NCBI GenBank assembly: GCA_964616405.1
Contig: CAZTRE010000006.1
Coordinates: 1-45,941 of the forward strand
Direction of reading: 5' to 3'
Source: an uncultured Mycoplasma sp.
GTDB lineage: Bacteria; Bacillota_I; Bacilli_A; RF39; UBA660
Length of the DNA stretch: 45,941 bases
In this document: in pieces, positions 1-9,165 of the stretch
Layout of the letters: every line of letters begins with the position of its first letter
Position numbering within the stretch: the first letter of the stretch is position 1
The notes under the pieces: generated by a model
What the model was told of the DNA's origin: nothing
Databases searched by the model: none
What the model saw: only the letters and a program-made list of their open reading frames with translations
Position numbers and translations under genes: made by a program

Positions 1-98
1 AATTTACTAACCTTTTTTTATTTTTTTACAATAATTTCTAAAATGCGAATTGAAGTTAAAAAAACGACCTGTTTTTAAAAGAAAGAAATAATAAATAA

Positions 99-2123
99 CT
101 ATATTCCATACATTTCACTATATTTTTTAGTCACTTCCTTAGTAATTCTAAGCGTTACAAGAGAAGCATAATTACTGCTAGAATTAGGATGAGAAGAATT
201 AGGCGAAGTCACCATAATAGAATATTTAGGGCTATCTGCTGGAACATATCCAACAAAACTACTAGTAATAGTTTCAGTATCAATTACTCCATCATTATTA
301 GTATCTAAAAAGCTCTGACTCGTTCCAGTTTTTCCAGCCGCATTTAAACTATCCTCAACATATCCTCGACCATAACCGCCTTTAGAATGCATTACCGCGT
401 AAAACCCTTCTTTCATACGTAACATATACTCTTCCTTAGTAGAAATCTTATTTAAAATTTCGGGCTTATAACTATAAATAACATCACCATCATTATTTAA
501 AACACGCTTTAATAAATGTACTCTATATCTACTACCACCATTTGCAATCGTATTAATATATTGTGATAACTGTAATGGTGTATAGGTTTCATATTGTCCC
601 ATTACATAATCAAGCAAATTGCCAGAGCTTTTATCCGTAGAACTATATCCAGAACTTTCAATTGGTAAATCTATTCCTGTAGGTACACCAAGGCCAAATG
701 ACCTATACATATTGCGATATGTATCAAATGCTTTCTGATTAAAATTAAGCTTCATCCCATAAGAATAGTTTTGTCCGTTAACTCTAATAGCTGTTTTAAA
801 TTGATAAACATTACTACTTTTAGCTAAGGCTTCTATATCATCAATGACACCTAAATTTAAAACCGAAGAACATTTCTTTGGCGCTCCAGCAATCTTAACA
901 CACTCATCTAACATACTTTCACCGATTTGAATAACGCCTTCATTATATCCTACTAAAATAGATGCCCCTTTCACAACAGATCCAGGTGTAATTGGTGAAG
1001 TTAAAATACTGGTTACATTGTCAACCATTTCACCATTTACTAAACGTTTTGAAGCCATAGCCAAAACTTCTCCACTATAAGGATCTTGGATCACTACACT
1101 AGAATGGTCATAATATTGAGTATTAGCCTCTCCTTTGGCACGAAGAATTTGTTCCTCAATAATTTTCTCAACCGCTACCTGCAAATCAATATCAATTGAT
1201 AAAACAATATCATTTCCCCTTTTACCTTCCTTAACCAGTTTCATTTCTTTTGAATTAATTACTTCATATTCACTAGGTATTCCTCTTAAATATTGTTCAT
1301 ATTGTTTTTCTAAATAACTTAAGCCTACTCGATCATTTAATGAATAGCCAAGCTTTAAATAATAATCCTTCTCTTCCTTTGGAAGGCCTTGGCTACTACT
1401 AGAAACACTTCCCAAAATTGACTTCATCGCATCCCCATATGGATAAACTCTAACCCAATCAGTTCTTGTATCAAACCCTCTTAACTTATCGTTATTTTCT
1501 GAAATATATGCAAACTCCTTATCGTTTGCCTCACTCTTAATAACTTTTTCACTATAACTATAACCATTTCTCATTAAATAAAATAAGTATGCTGCCTTTA
1601 AATCCTCTTCACTAAATTTATCTAATTCACTCTGCTTAATTCTTTCAATCTTCATATTTTCTAAATCCAAATTACTAAGCTTCTTCATGTTATATAATTC
1701 ATATTCATCCTTAGAAATGAGTTTTTCGCAAACACTAGCATTCTTATACAAATAAAATTCTTTTTTTGCCCTATCTGTAATTTTATTATATTCAAGATCA
1801 AGTTTTTTAGAAACCAAATATGCAATATCAATCATCTCTGTTATTGTCGTTCCATTTTCTCTTTTATATACAATTGTATTTATTGCCTTATTGTCAACAA
1901 TAACTTTCATATTTCGATCGAGGATTCTTCCCCGTGGAGTACTATTACCATAAACAGTTTTATAATTAAGGCTACTAAGTAGTTCACTATATTTTTCATT
2001 ATCTACAATCATTACTTGAAAAGCACGCATAAAAACAATTACAAATAATCCAATAACTACATAAATAAAAAACAATCTTCTATTTTCTAAAATTTTTTCA
2101 AAATTCATTTTCTTTTTTCGCAT
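99..2123 (-). CDS. Class B penicillin-binding protein (PBP2a/PbpA-like transpeptidase)
   Basis: N-terminal TM helix, RGxIxDRN dimerisation motif, PGSVVK (SxxK), SSN (SxN) and KTGT motifs; AGGAGG RBS places the start at 2123. Confidence 0.9.
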   Translation of the reverse strand: MRKKKMNFEKILENRRLFFIYVVIGLFVIVFMRAFQVMIVDNEKYSELLSSLNYKTVYGNSTPRGRILDRNMKVIVDNKAINTIVYKRENGTTITEMIDIAYLVSKKLDLEYNKITDRAKKEFYLYKNASVCEKLISKDEYELYNMKKLSNLDLENMKIERIKQSELDKFSEEDLKAAYLFYLMRNGYSYSEKVIKSEANDKEFAYISENNDKLRGFDTRTDWVRVYPYGDAMKSILGSVSSSSQGLPKEEKDYYLKLGYSLNDRVGLSYLEKQYEQYLRGIPSEYEVINSKEMKLVKEGKRGNDIVLSIDIDLQVAVEKIIEEQILRAKGEANTQYYDHSSVVIQDPYSGEVLAMASKRLVNGEMVDNVTSILTSPITPGSVVKGASILVGYNEGVIQIGESMLDECVKIAGAPKKCSSVLNLGVIDDIEALAKSSNVYQFKTAIRVNGQNYSYGMKLNFNQKAFDTYRNMYRSFGLGVPTGIDLPIESSGYSSTDKSSGNLLDYVMGQYETYTPLQLSQYINTIANGGSRYRVHLLKRVLNNDGDVIYSYKPEILNKISTKEEYMLRMKEGFYAVMHSKGGYGRGYVEDSLNAAGKTGTSQSFLDTNNDGVIDTETITSSFVGYVPADSPKYSIMVTSPNSSHPNSSSNYASLVTLRITKEVTKKYSEMYGI

Positions 2124-2147
2124 AATTTTCCTCCTTTTATTATTGTG

Positions 2148-2177
2148 AAACATTTCTTACGATTTCAATCATATATT
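2148..2177 (+). promoter_or_regulatory. Putative sigmaE/sigmaK-type sporulation promoter for the DUF2624-like gene
   Basis: ACATTTC...CATATATT directly upstream of the GAGGTG RBS. Confidence 0.4.
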
Positions 2178-2187
2178 TCATTAAGAG

Positions 2188-2445
2188 GTGATTTTTATTT
2201 ATAAGGATTTAATAAAAAAAAACATTCATAACTTAACAAATGAACATATTAAGTTATTTGCATTAAAAAAAAATATAGATTTGACCGACACTGAAGTAAA
2301 AATAATTCATAATTTTATTAATCAAAACTATTTAGCTCTTTTAGAAAAGGATACATCTTCTTTTAAAGAGTTAAAAACTTTAGTCTCTCCAGCAATTTAT
2401 CAGGAAATAATCAAACTTTATTCAACCTACCATAGCTATCTTTAG
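2188..2445 (+). CDS. DUF2624/YqfT-like small protein
   Basis: Pattern 'LTNEHIKLFALKKNIDLTDTEVKII...LVSPAIYQEIIKLY' resembles DUF2624; close to nfo as in Bacillus; true start uncertain (possibly ATT at 2197). Confidence 0.6.
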   Translation: MIFIYKDLIKKNIHNLTNEHIKLFALKKNIDLTDTEVKIIHNFINQNYLALLEKDTSSFKELKTLVSPAIYQEIIKLYSTYHSYL

Positions 2446-2446
2446 A

Positions 2447-2475
2447 TTGACAAAAAAGAAAGTTTATGCTATAAT
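2447..2475 (+). promoter_or_regulatory. Consensus sigmaA promoter with extended -10
   Basis: TTGACA (2447-2452), 17 bp spacer, TGn-TATAAT (2470-2475). Confidence 0.85.
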
Positions 2476-2506
2476 AATCGCACTTATTGAGGGGGGAGAA
2501 AAACTT

Positions 2507-3025
2507 ATGAGTAATTATAAACCAACAGAAAGCCATCAAGACATTACATTAGAGTATTCTAAAAATGATCCAACAAACGTTGAAGCAATATTCTTTGATG
2601 AAAATAATACACGTTATTATTTTTCTAATGAATTAGGTCATAAAATAATTTCAGGATCTGTAAAGCGACCTATGACTAAAAAAGAATACAAAGAATCACT
2701 AGATAAACTTATTAAAAAAGCCGCTAGTACACAAAATAGAGATCAAATTTTGGACGAAATAATCAATCTAGACTTTGGATTAGGTCACGCAAATAGTACT
2801 TTTGAAATAACCAAACCGCTTTTAAGCGATAGCGATCAAACTATTTTAATACTTAATCAAGGAATATCTAGATACCTTTATAGTCCCAATGCTAATACAG
2901 TATTCCATATAGATAGAAGCAAGCATATAAACGGTTCTTTCATTGATGGTTCAGAAAAAAACAATGTCGTTCAAATATTAACTCATTCAAAAACAATCCA
3001 AAGAAAAATGCTACGTGCAAATTAA
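2507..3025 (+). CDS. Orphan hypothetical protein
   Basis: ORF with GAGGGGGGAG RBS before the ATG at 2507, own promoter and terminator; no recognisable domain. Confidence 0.75.
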   Translation: MSNYKPTESHQDITLEYSKNDPTNVEAIFFDENNTRYYFSNELGHKIISGSVKRPMTKKEYKESLDKLIKKAASTQNRDQILDEIINLDFGLGHANSTFEITKPLLSDSDQTILILNQGISRYLYSPNANTVFHIDRSKHINGSFIDGSEKNNVVQILTHSKTIQRKMLRAN

Positions 3026-3048
3026 AAGACCTTTTAAAAGGTCTTTTT
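3024..3048. terminator. Bidirectional intrinsic terminator
   Basis: AAAAGACCTT-TTAA-AAGGTCTTTT inverted repeat between convergent genes. Confidence 0.8.
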
Positions 3049-3929
3049 TATGCCTGTTTCTTAATTTTTTCAATTAAATTATGATCAAATACTTTCTTTT
3101 TGATCATATCAATTTCATACTTATAAGGAGCATATTCTCTCTCAACATATGGAGTTTCCAATATTTTAGGTATAGAAGATAATCGGTCATTATAAACAAT
3201 ATTTATAAGTGTATCAAAACCAATATGGCCAAAACCAAAGTTTTCATGGCGATCTTTATGAGTTCCACGTTCATTTTTACTATCGTTTATATGAACACAA
3301 CCTATTTTATCAAATCCAATTACTTTATCAAACTCATCTAAGAATTTATCAAAATGAACAATGTCATATCCTCCATCACTTAAATGACACGTATCAAGAC
3401 AAACTCCAATGTGTTCTTTATCACCAACTTGATCAATTATGTCTTTAATTTCCTCTAATTTAGAACCAACTTCCGTTCCTTTCCCAGCCATAGTCTCAAG
3501 TAAAATAGTAACTGAATCATTACTAATCATGTTAATAGCATTAGCTATATTAGAAACACCTCTTTCTATTCCAAGGCCAACATGACTGCCAGGATGTAAT
3601 ACCAGTTTTGTAATACCAAGTTGCTTACACCTTTCAATTTCTTCTTGTAAAAAATCAACTGAAAATTTATATTTTGTTGGATCAGAATCATTAGCTAAAT
3701 TAATTATATATGGCGCATGAACTACAACTTTAGAATAATCTAATTTTTCTTCTTTCATAAGTTGTAACGCTTCTAAAGTAAGACCATCTTCAATTGGATA
3801 TCTCTTAGTATTTTGTGGAGCCCCCGTATAAAACATAAATGTAGTAGCACCATAACTTAGTGCTTGTTTTAAACATCCAAGTAGTTGATCGTCTTTCTTA
3901 AAATTTACATGACTTCCAAGCAATAACAT
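3048..3929 (-). CDS. nfo: Endonuclease IV (deoxyribonuclease IV)
   Basis: HAPYIINLA, LHPGSH, LETMAGKG, DTCH, HINDSK, DRHEN and ILETP zinc-binding motifs. Confidence 0.95.
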   Translation of the reverse strand: MLLLGSHVNFKKDDQLLGCLKQALSYGATTFMFYTGAPQNTKRYPIEDGLTLEALQLMKEEKLDYSKVVVHAPYIINLANDSDPTKYKFSVDFLQEEIERCKQLGITKLVLHPGSHVGLGIERGVSNIANAINMISNDSVTILLETMAGKGTEVGSKLEEIKDIIDQVGDKEHIGVCLDTCHLSDGGYDIVHFDKFLDEFDKVIGFDKIGCVHINDSKNERGTHKDRHENFGFGHIGFDTLINIVYNDRLSSIPKILETPYVEREYAPYKYEIDMIKKKVFDHNLIEKIKKQA

Positions 3930-3956
3930 TATAAACACCTCATTCTTAGTATAACA

Positions 3957-3982
3957 AAAAAAAGACCCGAAAGTCGAGTCAT
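3957..3982 (-). terminator. Intrinsic terminator of the pilin gene
   Basis: Minus strand GACTCGA-CTT-TCGGGTC followed by a T-run. Confidence 0.75.
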
Positions 3983-3989
3983 TTATTTA

Positions 3990-4526
3990 TTAATTTTCAA
4001 CACATTTATTTGTAGTTGAAATTGTTGGATATGATGCACCAGTCATCTTAATATCCCCACGAACTAAATTTTCAACTACTTTTTTAGCTGTACCCACATT
4101 AATTCCATGAACGCCATCAGATAAAACAGGAGTATAAGTAACTTTACGAGTTTCCTTCGTAGTACCCACATTAACCGCCACTACGTCTACCTGAATATAG
4201 CCTTTAATGTCACGACTACCCCAAGGTGATTTACCGCCTTTTTCAAGTAATTGAGGAACGTCAGTTTTTGTAGTATCAACCTCAATATAATATGTACCAT
4301 TTGGTACAGCAGAAGATACATATGAACCACAAGTCAAATTATCTGCAGACCACATTGTACTAGCTCCATCCGCATATTTCTTTGCTGTATCTAAGAATGT
4401 ATCTTTTCTTGAATTTTCAATAATTCTATTAATTGCAGGTATCGCAACAATCATTAATATACCCATAATTGTAATAACTGCTAATAATTCGATCAATGTA
4501 AATCCTTTATTGTTTATTTTTTTCAT
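3990..4526 (-). CDS. Type IV pilin-like protein (class III signal peptide), candidate major pilin
   Basis: KG|FTLIELLAVITIMGILMIVAIP prepilin motif; own promoter and terminator. Confidence 0.9.
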   Translation of the reverse strand: MKKINNKGFTLIELLAVITIMGILMIVAIPAINRIIENSRKDTFLDTAKKYADGASTMWSADNLTCGSYVSSAVPNGTYYIEVDTTKTDVPQLLEKGGKSPWGSRDIKGYIQVDVVAVNVGTTKETRKVTYTPVLSDGVHGINVGTAKKVVENLVRGDIKMTGASYPTISTTNKCVEN

Positions 4527-4562
4527 TATTTTCACTCTCTTTCTCTTTCCTATTATAAATAA

Positions 4563-4591
4563 AATATATCATATGTTTTTCTAAAATACAA
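4563..4591 (-). promoter_or_regulatory. SigmaA-like promoter of the pilin gene
   Basis: TTGTAT-17bp-TATATT with TG extension on the minus strand. Confidence 0.55.
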
Positions 4592-4620
4592 TATCAACTT
4601 GAAAGAAGTTGACAGAAACT

Positions 4621-5283
4621 TTACCCTTCATAATAAACTTTTTTTATACTATTACAAATCTTGTTTCCATCTTCGTCTTTAATAGAATTAGCGAGTGTTG
4701 CATAAAATGTAACTAATTGCTCTTCTGTTGCCATTTCTTTTATATTTCCAAGTCCTGTTGCAAAACTTGTAATTGATGTAAATTCATCTATTTCATCTTG
4801 ATATTTTTCACCATCCAAGTTAGTTACTAAATCTAAATTAATCCCTCGGCAACCCTCTTCTGCACAAAATTTAGCATCATCATTCACCCCACCCGGATTA
4901 TATTTGACACCTTCCACCAATTGTACATAATACTGGTATCTCTTATTCTTTTTTACCATAATAACATATGAATAATCCATTAAGTAAACTCCACCATATG
5001 GAGGATTGTCATATTCACTACCTGCCACATACTTTAAATTAGCAATTATACATTCGTTTTCATTCTCTGGTTTTTCAATCGTATTATCTCCTCGAAAACG
5101 ATATTCAACTGAATTTTTAAACTTCTTTGCGTCCTGGGAATATGTTTGTTGTCTATTAGCCGTCCTAATTCCCACAATATTAGGAATAGTAACAGCCATC
5201 AACACTCCTAAAACTACAAATACTGCCATCAATTCAATTAATGTAAAGCCTTTATTATTTACCTTCAAATTTACCACCACCAT
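4621..5283 (-). CDS. Type IV pilin-like protein
   Basis: KG|FTLIELMAVFVVLGVLMAVTIP prepilin motif. Confidence 0.9.
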   Translation of the reverse strand: MVVVNLKVNNKGFTLIELMAVFVVLGVLMAVTIPNIVGIRTANRQQTYSQDAKKFKNSVEYRFRGDNTIEKPENENECIIANLKYVAGSEYDNPPYGGVYLMDYSYVIMVKKNKRYQYYVQLVEGVKYNPGGVNDDAKFCAEEGCRGINLDLVTNLDGEKYQDEIDEFTSITSFATGLGNIKEMATEEQLVTFYATLANSIKDEDGNKICNSIKKVYYEG

Positions 5284-5289
5284 TTTTTC

Positions 5290-5871
5290 TTATTCATATG
5301 CATTTTCAACTTCCGCATTAGGTGCATAGACAATCACAGAATTACACATAATTCCATAATTTGACAATTCATCTTTTAAATTACTCAAATTAGCTGGATC
5401 AAATAAATTCGCAACAGTCACATTAGTAACATATAAGTCTATGGCATTCTTTTCATATAAATTATCAGTTTTAGTTAAATTAACGCCACGATACCCGCTT
5501 GAACCTTTAGGCAATTTTTCCACTAACCTTGGATAAAATTCATAATTACCTACATCTTTTCGTAAAGCCACTCCAAATGAATAAACCCTATCATATTCTC
5601 CACCATATGGTGCATCCTTAAAAGTATTATTATCTAAGTATGATAAATTCATTACTATACAACTGCCTACTGCTGGAATGGGGATCATATTATCTTTTCT
5701 TATTTGATAATCCATCGTTGATGCTAGTTTCAAAGAATCATCTATGTATGTTCTATTTCTACTATCAGTTAAAACTCTCATCACTGTTGGTACCGCAACA
5801 CCCATAAGTATTCCCAAAATTACAATTGCCGCAAGCAGCTCAATCATTGTAAATCCAGCATTCTTCCTCAT
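5290..5871 (-). CDS. Type IV pilin-like protein
   Basis: AG|FTMIELLAAIVILGILMGVAVP prepilin motif; paralogous to 4621-5283. Confidence 0.9.
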   Translation of the reverse strand: MRKNAGFTMIELLAAIVILGILMGVAVPTVMRVLTDSRNRTYIDDSLKLASTMDYQIRKDNMIPIPAVGSCIVMNLSYLDNNTFKDAPYGGEYDRVYSFGVALRKDVGNYEFYPRLVEKLPKGSSGYRGVNLTKTDNLYEKNAIDLYVTNVTVANLFDPANLSNLKDELSNYGIMCNSVIVYAPNAEVENAYE

Positions 5872-5925
5872 GTTCCTACACCTTCCTATCTTAATCATTA
5901 TAACAAATTTTCAAGGAAGTTTATA

Positions 5926-7107
5926 CTAATTTAATACTTTTTTCATATTTTCAATTTCATTTAACGTCATTTCATTATACATGTCTTCATTAAATAAATA
6001 ATCATATCTAAATAAACTAAAGCCTTCATAATTAATAGAATTTCTACTTAATATAATTTCTCTCATAATAATATCTTCATAAACCATCCATTCATAATTA
6101 CCACTTTTAGCGTATTTATCCATCTCTCCAACTTTATAAAAAGCTAAAGCTATTTGTAATCCAACTTTTTTATTTATAAGCAAACTTTCCCATTCATCAA
6201 TAGCCTCTTTAAACGCCCGTGCTTCATTAAAGAAGCCATAATAGATCTGTGGCATTATAAAATCAATATAACCACTTTCACTACACCACTTTTTAACGTC
6301 CGCAAACACTTTAGTGTAATTATTATCAATATTTCCATCAGGAGACACACCAAACTTGACCCCATACTTATTACAAATTTTATAAACATCCTTAATTAAA
6401 TTACTAACGACATTCAAATTATATTGTTCCTTGCTAATATACTCATTATTTTCTAAGTAACGTTCATAATCAACCTTATCAATTTCATTATTTGGATAAA
6501 AATAATCATCAAATAATACCCCATCAACTTTATAATTTTTTACTAGTTCTTCTACTCCAGACACTACCAATTTATGAGTATATTCTTTAGATGGATTAAA
6601 ATATATTCCCTCTCCAACATAAACAACATCACTATTTAAATACTTATAAGCTGGGTTCTTACTGCTAATACTTCTAATATCAGCAGTAGTTCTTATTCGA
6701 TACGGATTAATCCAGGCAATAAAACTAATTTTCTCTTTATGAGCTTTTTCTATAAAATAATCCAAAATATCAAAACTCGCCGCAACTCCCTCTTCACTAG
6801 AAACAACACTACTCCAAGGAAATATCTTTGAAGGATATATCGCATCACAAAAACTTCTTACTTGCACAATAACCTCATTAAACCCTAATTCTTTTACATT
6901 TGTAATCATCTTATCAATATTTTTCTTACCCGCTACTTCATCTGCATTTTTCAAATATTTTCCTATTTCAATATAACTAATGAAGATACTTCTCTTTTCA
7001 TTTTCTTGTGGCCCCGCCTTTTGTCTCTCATCAACTCTAGGGCCACTCAATAAAAGTATCATAATAATCCCACTACCAAGTATGATCACCTTCAAAATAT
7101 TTTTCAT
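5926..7107 (-). CDS. Glycosyl hydrolase-like family 10 (GHL10/YngK-like) exported protein
   Basis: N-terminal hydrophobic signal; VQVR..DAIYPS, AWINPYR, DGVLFDDYFYP and DFIMPQIY motifs. Confidence 0.85.
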   Translation of the reverse strand: MKNILKVIILGSGIIMILLLSGPRVDERQKAGPQENEKRSIFISYIEIGKYLKNADEVAGKKNIDKMITNVKELGFNEVIVQVRSFCDAIYPSKIFPWSSVVSSEEGVAASFDILDYFIEKAHKEKISFIAWINPYRIRTTADIRSISSKNPAYKYLNSDVVYVGEGIYFNPSKEYTHKLVVSGVEELVKNYKVDGVLFDDYFYPNNEIDKVDYERYLENNEYISKEQYNLNVVSNLIKDVYKICNKYGVKFGVSPDGNIDNNYTKVFADVKKWCSESGYIDFIMPQIYYGFFNEARAFKEAIDEWESLLINKKVGLQIALAFYKVGEMDKYAKSGNYEWMVYEDIIMREIILSRNSINYEGFSLFRYDYLFNEDMYNEMTLNEIENMKKVLN

Positions 7108-7151
7108 AATATCACCAAATTTATCATACTAAATATTATTTAAATATTTTG

Positions 7152-7787
7152 TCACTTTATATAGTTCTTTATTAAAAACATCTCTCCATCTCTATAAAAT
7201 CCATAAAACACCTCTTCTAAAACATAATTTTCTTCTTTTAGTACTTCATCTAACCATTTTCTACTCTTACCAATTTGTAATAAAACATCTTCATCAACTT
7301 TACCATCTAATATTACTGGTAATGGAAAATTATCATCTTCATTTCTGACAAACACTGATAATCTTCCACTAATCTCTAATATCGCATAATCTACTTCTTC
7401 AATTGACTTAATACCTTGACTCCTTAACTCCATCAACAAATCATCTAAATTGTACCTTTGCTTAAGCATCTCTTTAAAATTAACTTTACCTCTATTGATA
7501 ATTACTGACGGGCTACCATCAATTGTCTTTCTCACCTTTGCATACTTTAGTGATACCTTCGAAGTAATTATCTGTAATAAAACCAATAATAAAACCGGAA
7601 AAAGTGACAAAAAGATACTATCAGAATAATTTTCTATCCCTGATGAGACAATATTTGCCAGTAATAACGATACTACCAAGTCAACTACTTTTAATTCGCC
7701 TATTTCTCTTTTACCCATCATTCGATAAAATAAAAATAAAATTACGTAGAAAAACAAAGCTCTAAACAAAATAATAATAAAATCCAT
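7152..7787 (-). CDS. DUF421 (YetF/YrbG-family) membrane protein
   Basis: MGKREIGEL, three TM helices, G.P.VII..G, LR.QGI...EV.YAILE.SG.LSV. Confidence 0.9.
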   Translation of the reverse strand: MDFIIILFRALFFYVILFLFYRMMGKREIGELKVVDLVVSLLLANIVSSGIENYSDSIFLSLFPVLLLVLLQIITSKVSLKYAKVRKTIDGSPSVIINRGKVNFKEMLKQRYNLDDLLMELRSQGIKSIEEVDYAILEISGRLSVFVRNEDDNFPLPVILDGKVDEDVLLQIGKSRKWLDEVLKEENYVLEEVFYGFYRDGEMFLIKNYIK

Positions 7788-7802
7788 ATTATCACCCATT
7801 TA

Positions 7803-7832
7803 TATGATGATTTAAATCATATTTTTTTATAC
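7803..7832 (-). promoter_or_regulatory. Putative sigmaG/sigmaF-type promoter for the DUF421 gene
   Basis: GTATA-18bp-CATCATA on the minus strand. Confidence 0.55.
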
Positions 7833-7844
7833 ACAGCATACATT
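7817..7844 (+). promoter_or_regulatory. Putative sigmaE promoter for the TIGR04086-like gene
   Basis: TCATATT-13bp-CATACATT, near the B. subtilis sigmaE consensus. Confidence 0.6.
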
Positions 7845-7861
7845 TAATTGAGGTGACTTAT

Positions 7862-8224
7862 ATGTCTAACTTAAAAATTTTTTTAATTCATTTCGGAATA
7901 ACTATTCTATCTCTTTTCATTACTCTCTTCTTCATTACAACTCTTTACTATTTCAATATCTTATCTCCTAATGCCTACAATATTATAAAGTTCATAACCC
8001 TTCTACTAGCCTTATTTATTAATGCCTTTCTCCTTGGTAAAAAAGCAAAATCCAAAGGTTATCTAGAAGGTATAAAATTATCTCTTTCTATAATTGCTAT
8101 CTTTTTATTAACCGCCCTATTCACATCAAACTTTTCCATAAAACTATTACTTTATTATCTAATCATTGCGATTACCACTATCTTTGGTAGTATGGTTGGA
8201 ATTTCTAAAAACAAAGAAAACTAA
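7862..8224 (+). CDS. TIGR04086/YrzE-like four-TM membrane protein
   Basis: Four hydrophobic helices, GKKAKSKGYLEG motif, GSMVG end; divergent from DUF421 as in Bacillus. Confidence 0.8.
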   Translation: MSNLKIFLIHFGITILSLFITLFFITTLYYFNILSPNAYNIIKFITLLLALFINAFLLGKKAKSKGYLEGIKLSLSIIAIFLLTALFTSNFSIKLLLYYLIIAITTIFGSMVGISKNKEN

Positions 8225-8250
8225 AAAGATACCACCCGGTATCTTATTTT
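8223..8250. terminator. Intrinsic terminator
   Basis: AAGATACC-ACCC-GGTATCTT flanked by A/T runs. Confidence 0.75.
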
Positions 8251-8487
8251 TATGATTTCTTCTTCATTTTAGTAATCGTTTTATCTATTTATATTCTCGT
8301 TTGATTTAAATATAAAACTTCTTCTGCATAGAAACTCACCAAACATTTTAATTTAAGAATCTAAACAAATTTTCGCTTATTATATCACAATCATCAAACA
8401 AATTACATTGAATTATCTTGTTTTGTCACATTATATTTGTTAAAACTTGCACGTAAAAAGAAGAACTTTTACGCCTCAGTAAACATA

Positions 8488-9165
8488 TTACTGCAAACCT
8501 ATTTCAAGTTCTTCTTTTATCATCTTGATCTCTCTTTTTGTCATAAATTTCTTTAACCGATAATTGTTTGGTAAAACATTAAGTAAAATTTCTCTTGTTT
8601 TTACTTCTTTCATAAAGTATTCATAAAACAACTTATCTTTATTCTTCAAAAATATCGGTCCAAAGAAAAATTCTTTTTTACTATAATGCTTCTTACCTCT
8701 TTTAAATTTAATTATTTGATAGATAAATTTTTTCTCTTTAACCATTTTCTCATCATTAATTATAAATCCATTTTTACATAAAAACCTTTTTACATCCTCT
8801 TGATAATTATTAGGACTAACAATAATAGTTTTTATTTTTTTTAGGATCTTCAAATTATTCTTAAATATTCCGATCATATTTCTTCCACCCATACCAGAAA
8901 TAATCACAGTATCAACCTCACTACTATATGTATCTAAACCATTTCCCAACCTAACTTCTATTTTATCTTCTAAACCTTCTCTTTTGATATTCTCTTTTGC
9001 GTGTTTAAGTGGTCCTTCCAATACATCTGAAGCAATAGCATTTATTCCCATGTCTTTCTTAACTAAATAAATATCTAAGAAAGCATGATCACATCCTACA
9101 TCTAAACAAAAGGAATTAGCTTCCACTAAATCCCCAATTGTTTTTAAACGATTATTTATTTTCAT
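8488..9165 (-). CDS. trmK: tRNA (adenine22-N1)-methyltransferase
   Basis: DVGCDHAFL, RLGNGL and ISGMGG motifs; downstream of sigA. Confidence 0.92.
   Translation of the reverse strand: MKINNRLKTIGDLVEANSFCLDVGCDHAFLDIYLVKKDMGINAIASDVLEGPLKHAKENIKREGLEDKIEVRLGNGLDTYSSEVDTVIISGMGGRNMIGIFKNNLKILKKIKTIIVSPNNYQEDVKRFLCKNGFIINDEKMVKEKKFIYQIIKFKRGKKHYSKKEFFFGPIFLKNKDKLFYEYFMKEVKTREILLNVLPNNYRLKKFMTKREIKMIKEELEIGLQ

Noticed and set aside
2447-2506. N-terminal extension of the 192-aa ORF starting at TTG 2447
   Set aside because: The TTG is the -35 hexamer of a consensus promoter, and the RBS points to ATG 2507.
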